Positions 37,301 to 51,071 are shown, counted from the stretch's first letter. The stretch: 64,000 nucleotides of DNA from Mobula hypostoma (GCF_963921235.1 NC_086097.1:145206001-145270000), one strand, 5' to 3'. Numbers and translations: made by a program. The notes: generated by a model not told the origin, from the letters alone.

Positions 37301-40300
37301 CAATCCACACTCAATGGAATTTTGCAAGGTGTTAGCATGGATGTTCATTAACTCCATACCCACCTCCTTCTGATTTCTTGGGACACAAATCAATAGGTTC
37401 TGAAGACTTACCAGTTACGCTACTCATTTCTCTTTTTTAAAAAAAACGAATAAATGCTAATTTCATTTAGCTGCTCCATCATGCCAGACCTGACATTCTC
37501 CACTTTTGACTACAATGAAAAGGCTATAAAGTGATCTAAAATTCCTTTCTCCCCCTCTGCTTTGTTAATTGGTGAAAAAAATGTCCTGTTTCAACACCTA
37601 ACTAAATATAAAATCAGAACAGGAGCAATAGGTTACTCAGCTCCACAGCCTGTCCTACCATTAAATATGATCAAAGCTGACCTACTCCAGGAGCCATTGC
37701 CTCTTTGTGCCAGTTCCTCATAGCCTTTCTTGATCTTTCAAACTAATCTAATTTATCTTGGAATATCCCAATAATCTAGTAAGAAGCTTCTTTACACAAC
37801 AAACAAATAATAGCAAGTAGTGAGCACAAATACAGGTTTCCCCTGCCATCCGAAAGTACAGCGTTCCTATGAAACAGTTCGTGAGCCGGAATGTCGTAAA
37901 GCGAAGAAGCAACTACCATTTATTTATATGGGAAAAATTTGTGAGGGTTCGCAGACCCAAAAATAACCTACCAAATCGTGCCAAATAACACACAAAACCT
38001 AAAATAACAGTAACATATAGTAAAAGCAGGAATGATATGATAAATACACAGCTTATATAAAGTAGAAATACTTTTTCACAATCATTGCCTGAACTGTTCT
38101 CTGTAGCGAAAATCTCACACAAGCGCCGTCGGCAAAAACATACCAAATAACACGTAGAAATACACAGCCGATATAAAGTAGAAATAATGTATGTACAGTG
38201 TAGTATCACTTACCGAAATTGGGACAGCATTGAGCACACTGATGATGGTGTGTTAGGCTGAGTCGGAGGTTGGGTTGGTGCAGTGGCCCCTACCCTCTGG
38301 GCAGCGACCCAATACATTGCCGCGAAGCAGGGGTCCAGCGGTAGCCGTGAGGCACACAGCACATCTTTAAGAAAAAAGCTGAAATAAACAAGCTAATTAA
38401 TTAGGTGCCGCCCGGCACGTAATTGTCGGCCCAGATCAGAGGCGACTGCCAACTGCATTGCCTCTGATCTGGGCCGACAATTACGTGCCAGGCGGTACCT
38501 AATTAATTAGCATGTTTATTTTGGCTTCTTTCTTAAAGATGTGCTGTGTGTCTCCCGGCTACCGCTGCATTCTCCGCGAATCGGTATCTGTCCGCGGCCT
38601 GGGTGTTGGGGTGGTGGAACACTGGGGTGTCATCTCATCATCGTCTGTTTCCATTAGAGCAAGCAGCTCATCTTTTTCTATCTCTGCCTGCCTCGATGTC
38701 AAAGGTCGAGGTTCGACATCTGCTGTGGCTGGCTTGCTTGACTGCTGAGCCTCGCGCATTTTTCTATCATACAGTTTTTTGTAAGCACTCAAACCATCCT
38801 GCAAATATCCCCTAAACCTACATACTCTTTCAAAATTAAAGTTGTACTTTATCATTACTCAATCTGTTTCGATTGTTATCCTTTCCTCTTCCAATTGCAT
38901 CAGCTCTTCATCTATCAGTTCTTGGTCATGGGATGCCAAAACCTCTTTGACATCATCTTCGTCCGCTTCCACAAGCCAAACTCACTTAATCCTTACTTCA
39001 TTCACCACGATCAAAATGCTTAATTATGTCTAGTTTTACACTAAGTGTAACACCCTTACGAGCTCTTTCAGGCTTTTCCAATACCTTAGAACTCATCTTG
39101 CAAATGGCTGCTCACAGGCACGTGTTTAAGCAATGCCGGCGAGAATGCAGTTCTGAACTCAGGGAGCTTTCGCGCGCTTTTTTCGTAACAGTGAAAACAC
39201 CTTCTGTTAGCGAAAACAGGGTACTATTGTAGGTCTTTCGTAACAGTGAGGTTTCGTAAAGCGAACGTTCGAAAAGCGGGGCGACACCTGTAGTAGGCAG
39301 TCAAGTCAAACAGTCACACTTGAATTTTACTCTGTGCTTTCTGGATCACAGATCTTTATCTAGACACTTTCATGTCACCACTTTCTCACGTGAACTAAAT
39401 GTAAAATTGTGAAACTTGGCACCATTACTACAATTTCTTAAAAAAATGTTATTCAAAGTGATTCAATAGGTACACAAATAATAACTAGGATTAGTTTACA
39501 GGTCTCTCCATCTCATAGCATTAAATCTATTAACAGAAAAGATCTTGGGGAATGCACTTACCTGTCTCAGCTCTTGAACTTCAGCCTCTGAGACTGTCTG
39601 CTCACACACCTGTTGGGACATATGTCCACCACTTGCTGAAGCAGGATGCATTACCCTATCCAAGAAGCCAGTTGCTGGAGAAATAAAAGCAAATGGGTAT
39701 TTAAAGATTTCAGAATCAACTTGGATTAGTGGTGCCTACCTGTGGTCATTTAGACACAAAAAATACAATCAATCCCATGAAACGGTGCAGTAAAAAGCAG
39801 AGTTACCTGTTAGCACTGATTAATGTTGACAGAGAAAAGAAACTGAAAGCAGTGATCAAAAAGTACATACAATTCACGTAAAAGCAAGTAATCTATAATA
39901 TCAGGAAGAATATATTGTTTCATTCTGAATCACAATGCAAAACCTAGAGTACTGAAAAAAAATATAAAATTGATTAAAAGTATACAATAAGAACATTGCT
40001 TCAAAAGTTATATTAAAATCCACTATATTGCTTAATGGCTGTGTGTGTGTGTCTGTCTCCCTTTCACACCCTGCCCACCAATGTTTGCTTCTACTTATAG
40101 CCAAAATGCCTCCATCATCACAAAGATCTTTATTCCTACTTTGTCTATTTATACAAACTTCTCCAAAATTCCCTTTTCACTCCAACTAGAACCACACAAA
40201 CACCGCTCGTTAAGCACCTCCCCTCTTGACTTATTCCACTGCACCACAATTACAGAATAATTTCAGGTCATAGTTTATAAATTCTTACAGGCTTTCGTTC

Positions 40301-43300
40301 TTCAACCTCTAATGTACTGCATCTTCTGCTTTTCCCAGCATTATACATCAAGAAATGCAAGGAAAGACTTTAGCGATGGATGCTACCTTCTTAAGGCACT
40401 ACCGCTTGAAGATGTTCTCAATGGTGGGGACAATTATGCCAGTGATATATCTGAGTCAACAATCCTCTGCAGGGTCTTGTAATCCTGGGCAATGAAGCCT
40501 CCACACTAAGCTATGATGTAACCAGTCAGAATGCTCTCCATGGTACATCTATGGAAATTTGCAATTTTTTTGTGACACAACAAATCCCCTTAATCTCCTA
40601 ATGGAGTAGAACTGCTAGCATACTTTCTTTATGATAATATCAATCTGTTGAGCCCAGGAACTTGAAGCTACTTATCCTTTCCACTGCTGTCCCCTTTGAG
40701 TCAGTCAGTCAGTCAATGGGTGCCATCCCGAATCCGGGGTTGGTGGCTGTGCACCTCCATTTTCTTCCACCTTGCATCAGCACCAAGTACTGCCTCTCCT
40801 CCAGTTTGCTCTCGCTGGCCACCTTGGCAACCCCTTCGAGTACTAGCGTCAAATTCCCTTCCCAAAGACTACAATTAATTCCACGGTCTTGCCAATGTTC
40901 AGTGTAGTGTTATTGTCATGAAACCACTCAAACATCTCATCCCTATACACCTTCTAGTTGTCATCTGAGATTGTACCAACGGTGGTGTCATCTGCACACT
41001 TATAAATGCTATTTGAGCTGTACCTAGCCACACAGTCATAAGTATAGAGAGAGTACAGCAAGCAGTCTTGATTGTGCATTTGTTGATTATCAGCAAGGAG
41101 GAAAGTTACCACTGATCCAACTGACTGGGATCTATCAATGAGCCTAGGATCCAGTTGCAGAGAGAGGTAGAGAGGCCGAAGTATTTAAGTTTCTAATGAC
41201 AAAAAAGTCAATTTCCAAAGTACACATATTTAAAGTAATTGGTAATGGCAGCAGAGGTAATAGGAAGAAACTTTTTTTGTAAACAGACAGCAACTTAGAA
41301 TCCAGAAAGTGTTGACTAAATTTTGAGTAGTAATTTTCAAAAGATAATTGTATAAACATGGGAGAACAAAACAAAATTATAGGATTTTGGGAAGCAAACA
41401 GGGACATGGATTATTTGGATAATCCTACAAAAGGGGTGACAAAGAGATGATGTGCAGTACATTACCTATCTGTGCTACACCATTCAATGATTTAATGAAT
41501 TTTTAATCAACAAAATTGCAGTTAGGAGCATTCATTAATGCCAAAAAGAAAGCTCTTTGAGCCTGTGCATTACTTTTCAATGAATGAGTCTTAAGATAAA
41601 TAATATGGAGTCGGCTGATGGCACAACGACATCGGCGCCGGACCCGGGAGCAGAGGTTCCCTGGTTCGAAACTAGTTGGGTCTGCTCCCGAGTACGCTTT
41701 CCATCCGTGCCAAGTTGAGTGTCGAGATCGCAACTCGACCTCATAAATTAAAGAGAAAATACTGCGAAAATGTCTGAGGAGTGTCGCTCCACAGTCTCTC
41801 TCTCACTCCGCACCTTGTAAAAAGCCATGAAAAAAATCATCACGGACGCACGCACGGACACGCAGGCACACACGCACAGACTCGCACGCACGCAGGCACA
41901 CGCAAAAAAAAGGTAAGTAATATGAAAATTCAATGAATTACTTGTAGTCCAGATAATGATGGAAGAATGAAGCAAGACAGATCCAATTGATTACCCTGTA
42001 CACAAACAGTGGACAGCAATGAATAGAAATTTCTTCAGCCTTTAAACATTCTTGTAAGTTGCATGCTTGACAATAATTTCACATTCAGCACTACTACTGT
42101 ATTGTGTCATCCTAAATGCAGTAACAGTGGTATCTGAGAAATTTAATTTCCCATACCTGCATTCCATAAGGAGCTACCCATGCCAAGGTTCTCTGAAACA
42201 GAAGAATCCTCTGGTCTGAAGAGTCTTAACAGGTCCTCTTTAAATTGCACTTTTTTGGCATATTGGATCTCTACAATGGAAATCACATCAGTCATCCTTG
42301 CAGACTGCAATGTAAACGAGATGTCAGGCTTCCCGATAAACCTCTGGCGCACAACGATCTCATAAGGATTCTGCACTTTAATATCATCAATATCTTCCCG
42401 CCGGTACTTGTGCACAAGCTGCTCATTTGTATCCTTAATTTCCAAACCTGAGCAAAGAACTGCGAGTGTACCCTGTTTTAGGTTGGCGTCTGGACCCTGG
42501 GAGTAAAGGATGGGGACTTTTAATATCAAGCCATCCTTTCCAAAAGCCTGTGAAGAAGGCAGAGATTCTGGCTCATCCTTCACTTCCTGCTGACTCTTTC
42601 GGAGGCGACTGCTGAAAGGCCACCACGGTGGAGACTCCAGCTCAGTTAATAGTCTAGCACACAAGAAATATATGTATTATTTCAAGTTAACAGAAATTCT
42701 GACACAGCAAGCCAACAGCTTCTTAAGTGTCAACTACAGAACTTAAGTTGGTTACTTTTAGGATGTTTATTAACTTAGTAGTAGTTTATAGTATTGGACC
42801 AGAGTCGAATACAACATGCAAAATTGAATGAAATAAATCTGTGTTTGACAAAAATTAGTTCTGTGAAGTCATAGGTTTGCTGTAAATACAGAAATGTATA
42901 ACTAATATCGTACAGGAAGAAAACCAATTTCATGAACTGAGCCTACATGTTGCTCTAGTCTTAGTTCATCTGGTGAACTCCCTCAGAAATGAATAATTGC
43001 AGTGCTGACAACAATGAAATACAAAAGTAACAAGCTTCACAGTAAAAAGAGTCAAGCAAAAGTATTTTTTGTATTTGAATCATAAAGCGCAGAGATTTTA
43101 AAAATCTGATTAGCTTACATTTCAGATGGAAGGTCATCAATCTGAAATTTCTGGGCAAACAAGATGTACACTACGCAACTGAGCTGCAAAACATCACATT
43201 GAGGTAAAATGAAAAATAGAGGGCAAAAAAAGCTGCTCATATAAAAGATGAAAGTATATTGCCCAAGGCAACACAAGTTTTATGCTTTATTTTCAAGATC

Positions 43301-46300
43301 CCTGTGGCCTTCAAATTTCCATCGCCATTACTTTATCAACGACATCTACAGAAACTTGAGTCTGTCATACCAGGTTTGTCAGCATTTGGCCTGCAGTTCC
43401 CTTCTGCACATTTTAAAACCACCCTGGGTTTTGGTATTGCTGGAATCGTTGGATATACCAGTCTCAGTAACTTGCTACTCTATTTCAAACAGCAATCAAA
43501 AGTCAAATCAGACTGGTGGAATCTTAACTCTTGGTCCAATTGCTAGTGCCAGTGAAATAAACACTGGTATGTTACCTTTGCTTCTGGAACTTCTCCACCA
43601 TTTTAAAAAGCTTCATACCTTTTTTTCTATGCATGAAAATCTCATACAAACTTTTGAACCATGAGGAGCGCTACAAATGCATAATGACACTGGAGGAACC
43701 CTTAAACATTCACTTGAAGGGCTAAAGGTTTGTACAGAATTATTTTATAACTAGCATGGCAGTTGTGAAGTTTAAAAAAAAATAGCTTTAAGACAGGAGA
43801 GGGATGGGTTAGCATTGTCAATTTGATCCAACATTGGCTCAGCTGGAGAAGCCAGAGCAGTAGCAGACGGTTCTCTCTCTCTGACTAGAGGCCTGTGATT
43901 AATGGTGTGCCACAAGGATCGCTGCTGTCTATTGTGGTAAACTGGATCAGCAAATTTGTATGTGACACCGAAATTGGGTGCATGGTGGATCCCAAGGAAG
44001 GCTATCAAAGCTTGAAATGTGTTCCTGACCTGCTGGGAAAATATACCAAAAAATGACAGTTGAAATTCAATGCAGAAAAATGTGAAGTGTTGTACTTTAG
44101 CAGGGCAAACCAGGGTAGGACTTACCCAGTGAATGGTAGGGCTCTGAGGTGTGCTGTAGATAGGAACTGAGAATACACATTCATAATTCCTTAAACATCG
44201 CATCATAGGTAGACAGGATAATAAAGAGAACACAAGAAATAGGAGCAGTAGGCCATCTGGCCCATGGAGTCTGCTCTGCCATTCAATAGGATCATGGCTG
44301 ATCTAGCCATGGACTCATCTCCACCTACCTACCTCATAACCCTCAATTCCCCTACTATGCAAAAATCTATCCCATCTCATCTTAAATATATTTACTAAGG
44401 TAGCCTCCACTGTTTCATTGGGCAGAGAATTCCACAGAGTCACCACTCTCTGGGAAAAGCAGTTCCTCTTCATCTCCATCCTAAATCTACTCCCTTAAGT
44501 CTTGAGGCTATGTTTGCTAGTCCTAGTCTCACCTATCAGTGGAAACAACTTTCCTGCCTCTATCTAATCTATCCCTTTCATGTTTATATATTTCTATAAG
44601 ATCTCCTCTCATTCTTCTGAATCCCAGTGAGTACAGTTCCAGGCGGCTCAATCTCTCCTCATAGTCTAACCCCCTCATCTCTGGAATTAACTTGGTGAAT
44701 CTACTTTGCACCACCTCCAAAGCCAGCATATCCTTCAAGTAAGGAGACCAAAACTGCACGCAGTACTCCCGGTGCAGTCTCACCAGTACCCTATACAGTT
44801 GCAGCATAACCTCCCTGCTCTTAAATTTAATCCCTCTAGCAATGAAGGCCAACATCCCATTTGCCTACTCGACAGCTGCAAACCAACATTTTGTGATTCA
44901 TGCACAAGCACTCCCGTCCCTATGAACAACAGCATGCTGCAATTTTTTACCACTTAAATAATAATCTGCTCTTCTATTTTTCCTTCCAAAGTGGATGACC
45001 TTGCAATTACCAATATTGCATTCCATCTGCCAGATCCTTCCCCACTCACTTAACCTATGTCAATCTCTCTGCAGACTCTCTGTAACTTCTGCACAATTTG
45101 CTTTTCTATTCAAATTAGTATCATCAGCAAATTTAGATACACTACACTGGGTCCCCTCTTCCATATCATTAATGCACATTGTGAACAGTTCAGGCCCAGC
45201 ACCGACCCCTGCAGCACAGCGCTCACCACTGACTGCCAGCCAGAGTAACACCCAAGTATCCCAACTCTCTGCTTTCTATTAGTTAACCAATCCTCTATCC
45301 AAGCAAATACATCACCCCTAAATCTATGCATCCTTATCTTATGGATAAGTCTTTTATGCGGCACCTTATCGAACGCCTGGAAATCCAAGAAAATAACATC
45401 CATCTGATCCCTCTATTCACTGCGCTCGTTATATCCTCAAAGAACTCCAGTACGTTTGTCAAACAGGACCTGCCTTTGTTAAATCCATGCTGCGTCTGCC
45501 AGATGGATCCATTTCTTTCCAGATGCCTCATTATTTCTTCTTTAATGATAGCTTCAAACATTTTCCCAACTACAGATGTTAAGCTAACTGGCCGATACCT
45601 ACCTGCCTGTTTCCCACATCCTTTTTTTCTGAACAGTGGCATGACATTTGCCGTCTTCCAATCCGTCGGGACTTGCCCAGTCCAGAGAACTTTGGTATAG
45701 AGAGCTCTTAGCAGATTGGCTTTTATAAATCGGGAGTACAGAAGTCAGGATGTTATGTTGAAGTTGTACAAGACATTGGTGAGGTTGCATTTAGAGTACT
45801 GTTTTCTCTTACCCATGTAAAAGATAACAATAAGCTTTAAAGAGCAACAAGAAAATGTACAAGATATTGCTGAGACTTGAGTAAGAGCGGAAGTTTGAAT
45901 TGGTTAGTACTTCATTCCCTGGAGCATAGGAGATAAGGGGAGATCTTGTTGAAGTATATTAAAATTTCAAGGATATGGATAGGGTGAATGCATACAGGTT
46001 TTTTCACCTCAGGTTGGGTGAGACTATAAATAGAGGTCATAGGTTCAAGGTGAGGGGAAACTTCTTCACTCAGACAGTGGTGCAAGTGGGGAACAAGCTG
46101 CTAGTGGAAGTGGTAGATGAGGGTTCAGATGTAATATTTAAGTTTGGATGGGTGCATGGATGGGAGCGGTTTGGAAGGATATGGCCCAGATGTGGGTAGA
46201 TGAAACTAGGCAAAAGATCAGGTTGGCATGGACCAATGGGCCTTTTTTTATGCGATAGTACCTTTATGACTCTAGTCACAGTCCACAATGCTGTGTCATT

Positions 46301-49300
46301 TGAGCATGTAGCAAGAAATGCATGTTTTAAAAAAAAACTTTTCCAACATAAATGCTGTGAGAACAAATTATAATCCATATCTTACATTTTTGGGTACTGA
46401 TTTCTGAATTATGCAAGGAAAACTTGTGACAACTATCTAAACACTAACCAACCTACAAAAGCACTGTTACCGAGTCCTCAACATTAATAAACAAAAGCTT
46501 AACTGGGACAGCCATAATGAGCATATGAAAATAACAGGTAGGTGATTGTCTCTCAAGCTTGCCCCACCACTCATTGGGACCATTACTAATAAGCTCAGTC
46601 CTTTCCCTCCACTGGAAACCTATTTCCTCAATGAGTTCCGTCTTTCCAACTCTCCAGGAAAGAAAATTCCAGAATCATACAGTGTGGAAAAAGACCATTT
46701 GGCCCTACTCTCCCACACTGACCTGTGGACACTACTCCCTGTTGGTTCTTGAACAACAACCCTTCTCTGTCGAAGAATCCAGTGTATAGTCTTTCCAAAG
46801 ATGTAGTACTCTCTATGGGTGGCTATAAACATACCACTGTTTTATATGATCTGCCCATAATCTTGTAACCACTGTGTATGGCTTCAGCCCCTTTGCCAAA
46901 AGAAGCAAATACATCTCATGGATTCCAAGTGTGAGGGGTGGACTAATGAGGAGAACTTGTACGAAATAATTCTACAAAAATATATAGGAAAAAGTAAATG
47001 CTGAAGCCACTTCCCTAGCTCAAAATTCAATCTCAGGATCAGGGTTGGCCATTTAGTACTTAGATGAGCAAGAATGATTTCCATTCAGTAAATTCTCTCC
47101 TCAAAGAGGCATGTGCTTGTTTTTCTGTTTTGTTTTCCAGAATGCTGGCCTTGCTAGCCTTTATTATCTAGCCCCAGGTGCTCTCAAGATGGTGGTGGTG
47201 AGTGAACTACTGCAGTACTGCATGCGAGGCTTTCCTTTACAATTATTTTTGGAAGGAAATTTCCCAACTTACATCTAGTGATGAAACAGTGACGTATATC
47301 GAAGCTACGATAATGTGCGAATTGGAAGGGATTCAACAGCAGTAATGAAAGTGTTGAAGCAGTGAAATAGAATGATTAACCATCTTCCTTTGTACAGTGT
47401 GACTCCTACTTTTGGAGTGTTTTTCCTTTAATACCCACTGACTTCAGTTTTAATAGGCATACAGAATGCTGCATACTGCCTTGATGTCAAAATCAGAAAA
47501 CTCAATAGTGAGTTGAAAATGTAACTCGGTAGTGTACATTTGGACCAAGGCTATTAGGATGTCTTCGTGATAACAGAGCACACTAAAAACACTACCAATA
47601 ATACCTTCCATTGCTGATTATTGATAGCGATTTACTAAATGGTAATTAACTAAATTGGATTTGTCCTGCTTTATGTATAGAGCACAGAGCTTGACAACTT
47701 TCAACACTGTCAGACAGATACCCATATTGTTATTATATTAGATCAGCTTAATCAGAGACAAAGTTCAATTCTTTGCTATAATAGCTAGAATTAGCCTTTA
47801 CTATACTCAGTTGTTTCTAGAGTGAATGGAATTGTCTGAAGTCTCATTTCTGTGACAGCGTGAATCATAGCAGGAGGAAGCTGGCACTTCTGCCAAACAT
47901 GACAGTTAATCAGTCTGCCTTGTAAAAGGAGGTGTAGTGGAGGGCATGCTTCCTTTGCAAGTATTTTGAACTAAGGAATATTGCTTAAAATTTGGATGGC
48001 CATTTAAAGAATATTTTTCCTCTGCAGGTGCAAGTCTTTGGAATTCTTCCTCAAAGGCCACACAAGCAGGTCATTGAATATATTAAGATCAGAGTAGATG
48101 GGTACTTGATAAGTGAGAGAACAAGAGGCAAGCAGAAACTTGGAACTGAGGTTACAATCAGATCAGCTATCTTCTTGATAAATGACAGAGCAAGCTTTAT
48201 TCATATTGGCACCTCATTTAGCTATACTTGGTGCTTCTTTAAACATGCTCTCTTCTATATACCTTATTGAAGCAGGGTTGATCTTCAAGCTTGAATAGAG
48301 TAACCAAGTAAGGGACATACCAGACCATAGGCAAGGTTAACAACCTTTACCCATTCTCAACTTCCCTTGAGAAGTTCTGAACCACTGCAGACCTTCTGGG
48401 GAGGTTCTCACAGTGCTATTGGGCAAGGAGCTCCAGTATTTAGACACAGAAACCACAAGGGAGTGGTGATATTCCCAAATCAGGGAGAGATGTAAATTGG
48501 AGGGAACCCCATAAGTGATGCTGTCCCCATTTACTTACTACACTTATCCTCTGATGGTAGAAATCACAGGTTTAAAATGAATGCAGTGGGCTTTATATAT
48601 TGTGTTCACATTGTGCCAGTGTTGGCATGAATGATGTGGTACGCATCAAGTTGATTGCTTTGTGCTCAGTTGCGTTCAGCCTCAAGTTGTTGGAACTGAC
48701 CTCAATTGGAAAGTAATCCATCTCACTTTCCACAAGTTTTCAGATAATGGAAAAGCTTTGGAATTTCAGACAAATTGCTTTCTGCAGGCTACTCAGTTTT
48801 TGTCTTGCTCCTTTTATGGTTCATCCAGTTAAGTTTTTGATAAATGATGGCACCATTATATTGATAAGGATTCCCATCTTCAGAGGAATACTAATCTAAT
48901 AGTCACTGTTAAAGTTCATACACAAAAAGGCAACAACCAGTTGACAAAGTGCTGTCTCCAAAAAGTGAACCGATGCTTTAACATTGCCATCAAATTCTGC
49001 TCGTGGCAGCTTCACACAATTAAAATGATTAAAATGTGAGACACCCAAGTGAAGCACCTAGATGACTACAACAAATGGGTGTTGGTGCTTTAATCCATAC
49101 AGCTGCTCTACATGCTCCCTGGTGATTTCCAGTCACTGGGGAATTCTGATTAGCCATATCCAGTCCCTATAAAATGGAGGAATTACTAGTTCAGAAACCG
49201 CCCTGCAGGGCTTCTGTTGCAAATTAAAATATATGAAAAATATCATGCTCATTGGCAAAATGCATTTCGAATGTAACCATTAGCCAAGCAGTGACAGTAT

Positions 49301-51071
49301 CCAATTCCTTAGGACTTCATTTCTTGGAATGTGGAAGATGAGTGGAGATTTGATGGAGGGTATAGATAGGGTAAATGCAAGAAGGCTTCCCCCCCCCCCA
49401 AATGGGTGGGACTACAACCAAAGGTCATGGGTTAAGGGTGAAAGGCGCAAAGCTTAAGGGAACCACTAGGTGAAACTTTTTCACTCAAAGGGCTGTGAGT
49501 GTGGAATGATCTGCTACCACAAGCTGTGCATGCGCTTGATTTCAATGCTTAAGAGAAGTTTGGATAAGTATATGGATGGTAGGGGTATGAAGGGTTATGG
49601 TCCTGCTACAGGATGATGGGAGTAGGCAGCTTAAATGGTCTGGCATGGACTAGATGGACCAAAAGGCCTGTTTCTCGTCTGTACTTTTCTATGACTTATC
49701 TAGCACTGTGAAACAAACCTGAATTTCCTCATCCAAACAGGCATAACTCCAAAATACTAGGTCTTCCATTCAAATATAAACATTGATTACATTACACATG
49801 TATTGAGTTGCACAGAAGCAGGTATACAGCAAGCTGTTTCTTTGTAACCCCATGTGCATTCTTCAGGTACAAGAGTGCTTAGAAAAAAAAACACACAACT
49901 CATACAATGCCAGACAACAACTTGTATTGATGTAGTACCACCGATGTGAAAAAAAGAGCCAAAGTTGTTTCTCAGAATATACATGAAGAACACTGAAGCA
50001 AACGAGATGAGCAAGCAAGTTTTAGGGAGTATTTTAAAGAAGGAATTGATGTTGAATCAGCGAAGTAGAAAAGGAACTCAAGAGCACATGGTCCAGTTGG
50101 TCAGATTCCTATCATAGAGTAGAATGAGAGACTTGCAAGGTTAGAGCCGTAATTTCTTGGTGAATTGTATTTTACAGAGATAAGGTGTCACAATTAATAA
50201 GGAGGATTCAGAATACAATTGCAAGTTGCACAAGACTGGAATTAGTTTGGATGCAAGTTTCATTTTCCTTGTAAGGAATAGATGCAATGCAAAAGGGTTT
50301 AATAGTTGGCGACCCAAAGTGGATTTTATTTTTAGGAAAAGTTTGGGGAAGGGATCTTTCCCTCATTTTAATGTGCATTTACAGATTTTAGAAATCAACT
50401 CAAGGACACGCACACACGTGGAACAAAGCTGTTTCCTTTAATTAACCATATCTTTTGGGGCATAAACTACTGCATCCCTGGCCTCCTTTTTTGTGACTTA
50501 CACTGACATACATCTTAAACTCAAATCTCACCATCCCCACACACACGCAATGAACAAAATGGCCAGAATACCTGTTTGCTACATCCAAGTCTGACTCAAT
50601 CTTGTCCAGCCCCTTCATGATGCGATCAAATTGTTCACCCTGATGATGCAGCACTTTGGCTGTGTCTCCCAAGCGTTGCTGAGAACTGGACGCCAGGTTG
50701 ATCAACTCCCTGCCCTTTGACATGGGCCTGGTGTCAGCCTCCACCTCTTCTCCTTCTGACGAGAGCAGCTGTGCACGCCAGAAATGCTCAAGAACATTGA
50801 ACACCACCGTTCGGTTGGGTTGAAGTGAACTAAACCAGTGCTTCTCACCATCGCCCACCAGCACAGTTAGCGAGCTAAATATGAAGCTGGATGTTTCCTT
50901 TTTGATGCCAGTGATGCCAGAGAGTTTGAAGCTGATCAGAGTGACCCCTTCTTTGTCAGATGTGAAAGCCAACTGGTATGGTGTGAGTGAGAGCTTCCCA
51001 TAAACCCATCGCTTCTCACTCTGTAGATAGTAGGAACCAGGCCACGAATGGATGCACAAGTCTCTGTTCAT
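34240..51071 (-). CDS. SNAP47: Synaptosomal-associated protein 47, whole spliced CDS span (4 coding exons, 418 aa)
   Basis: Exons of 500+497+113+147 = 1257 nt join in frame through GT-AG sites. The product is colinear with human SNAP47 as I recall it, from MNRDLCIHSWP to RRIRKLL*. Both SNARE-motif central Gln residues are present (LHHQGEQ, LERQNEV). Confidence 0.96.
34758..35150. mobile_element. Tigger/pogo-like DNA transposon fragment
   Basis: TA|CAATGATTCCGGTTAATTGGGCC end with repeated TTAATTGGG / TTATTTGGG subterminal motifs. Confidence 0.45.
35152..35629 (+). mobile_element. Penelope-like element 3' end (GIY-YIG endonuclease C-terminus plus pseudo-LTR)
   Basis: Manual translation DKATLRVEKQHLIFCLGSLQPDNLNIYYSSFR* (35152-35250), then a pyrimidine-rich UTR and the decayed hammerhead/terminal module. 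Confidence 0.8.
36994..37263. repeat. Inverted repeat (~110-bp arms, ~50-bp spacer) within an old CR1 remnant
   Basis: TTCCCTCGTTACTGACAGCTTGCTAACTAG...AAAATCTGA versus TCAGATTTT...CTAGTTAGCAAACTGTCAGTAATGAGGGGAA. Confidence 0.85.
37833..39290 (-). mobile_element. Tigger/pogo-derived non-autonomous transposon
   Basis: TA|CAGGTTTCCCCTGCCATCCGAA ... TTCGAAAAGCGGGGCGACACCTG|TA. Transposase C-terminal remnant EDDVKEVLASHDQELIDEELMQLEE...SAYKKLYDRK. Confidence 0.88.
38281..38615. mobile_element. Palindromic hAT-type MITE embedded in the Tigger element
   Basis: Near-perfect hairpin 38336-38567; decayed CAGTGGCCCCTACC end; homologous to 24825-24980. Confidence 0.7.
39562..39674 (-). CDS. SNAP47: SNAP47 coding exon 3 (not in the ORF track)
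   Basis: Manual translation gives (A)TGFLDRVMHPASASGGHMSQQVCEQTVSEAEVQELRQ. Acceptor TTTATTTCTCCAG|, donor CAG|GTAAGT; 113 nt, phase-compatible. Confidence 0.92.
40370..41190 (-). mobile_element. Rex1/Babar-type LINE fragment
   Basis: Minus-strand RT remnant (YK.ADDTT-like) and similarity to 1-178. Confidence 0.6.
41608..41909 (+). mobile_element. Young tRNA-derived SINE with (GCAC)n microsatellite and A tail
   Basis: A box TGGCACAACG, B box GGTTCGAAAC, CpGs retained; imperfect TSD AAGATAAATAATATG / AAGGTAAGTAATATG. Confidence 0.8.
42157..42653 (-). CDS. SNAP47: SNAP47 coding exon 2
   Basis: Encodes LLTELESPPWWPFSS...RQRFIGKPD...SSLWNA. Acceptor CTAG|A, donor GCAG|GTATGG; phases match the neighbouring exons. 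Confidence 0.95.
43790..46275 (+). mobile_element. Old CR1 LINE split by an inverted younger CR1
   Basis: Plus-strand RT remnants at 43790-44225 continue colinearly at 45715-46275. Confidence 0.7.
44228..45695 (-). mobile_element. 5'-truncated CR1 LINE
   Basis: [27 protein letters not shown] and EYCVQFWSP. Confidence 0.9.
49320..49697 (+). mobile_element. CR1 3' fragment
   Basis: Similar to 45920-46275; TTTTTCTATGACT tail. Confidence 0.65.
50572..51071 (-). CDS. SNAP47: SNAP47 coding exon 1 (PH-like region and first SNARE motif)
   Basis: ORF reads MNRDLCIHSWPGSYY...KHWFSSLQPNRTVVF...GLDKIESDLDVANR. Donor CAG|GTATTC at 50572/50571. Likely acceptor (polypyrimidine + TAG) puts the exon start at ~51126. 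Confidence 0.96.

Noticed and set aside
41608..41690. tRNA gene
   Set aside because: It has A and B boxes, but I could not fold a cloverleaf, and it continues into a SINE body with a tail and TSD.
47140..48850. Possible additional exons in the SNAP47 intron
   Set aside because: The sequence looks like very old LINE-derived fragments (similar blocks at ~47.15 and ~48.35 kb), and the CDS is already complete without them.
50442..50571. ORF extension YSGHFVHCVC... after DVANR
   Set aside because: Read-through into the intron past a good donor; SNAP47 similarity resumes at 42653.
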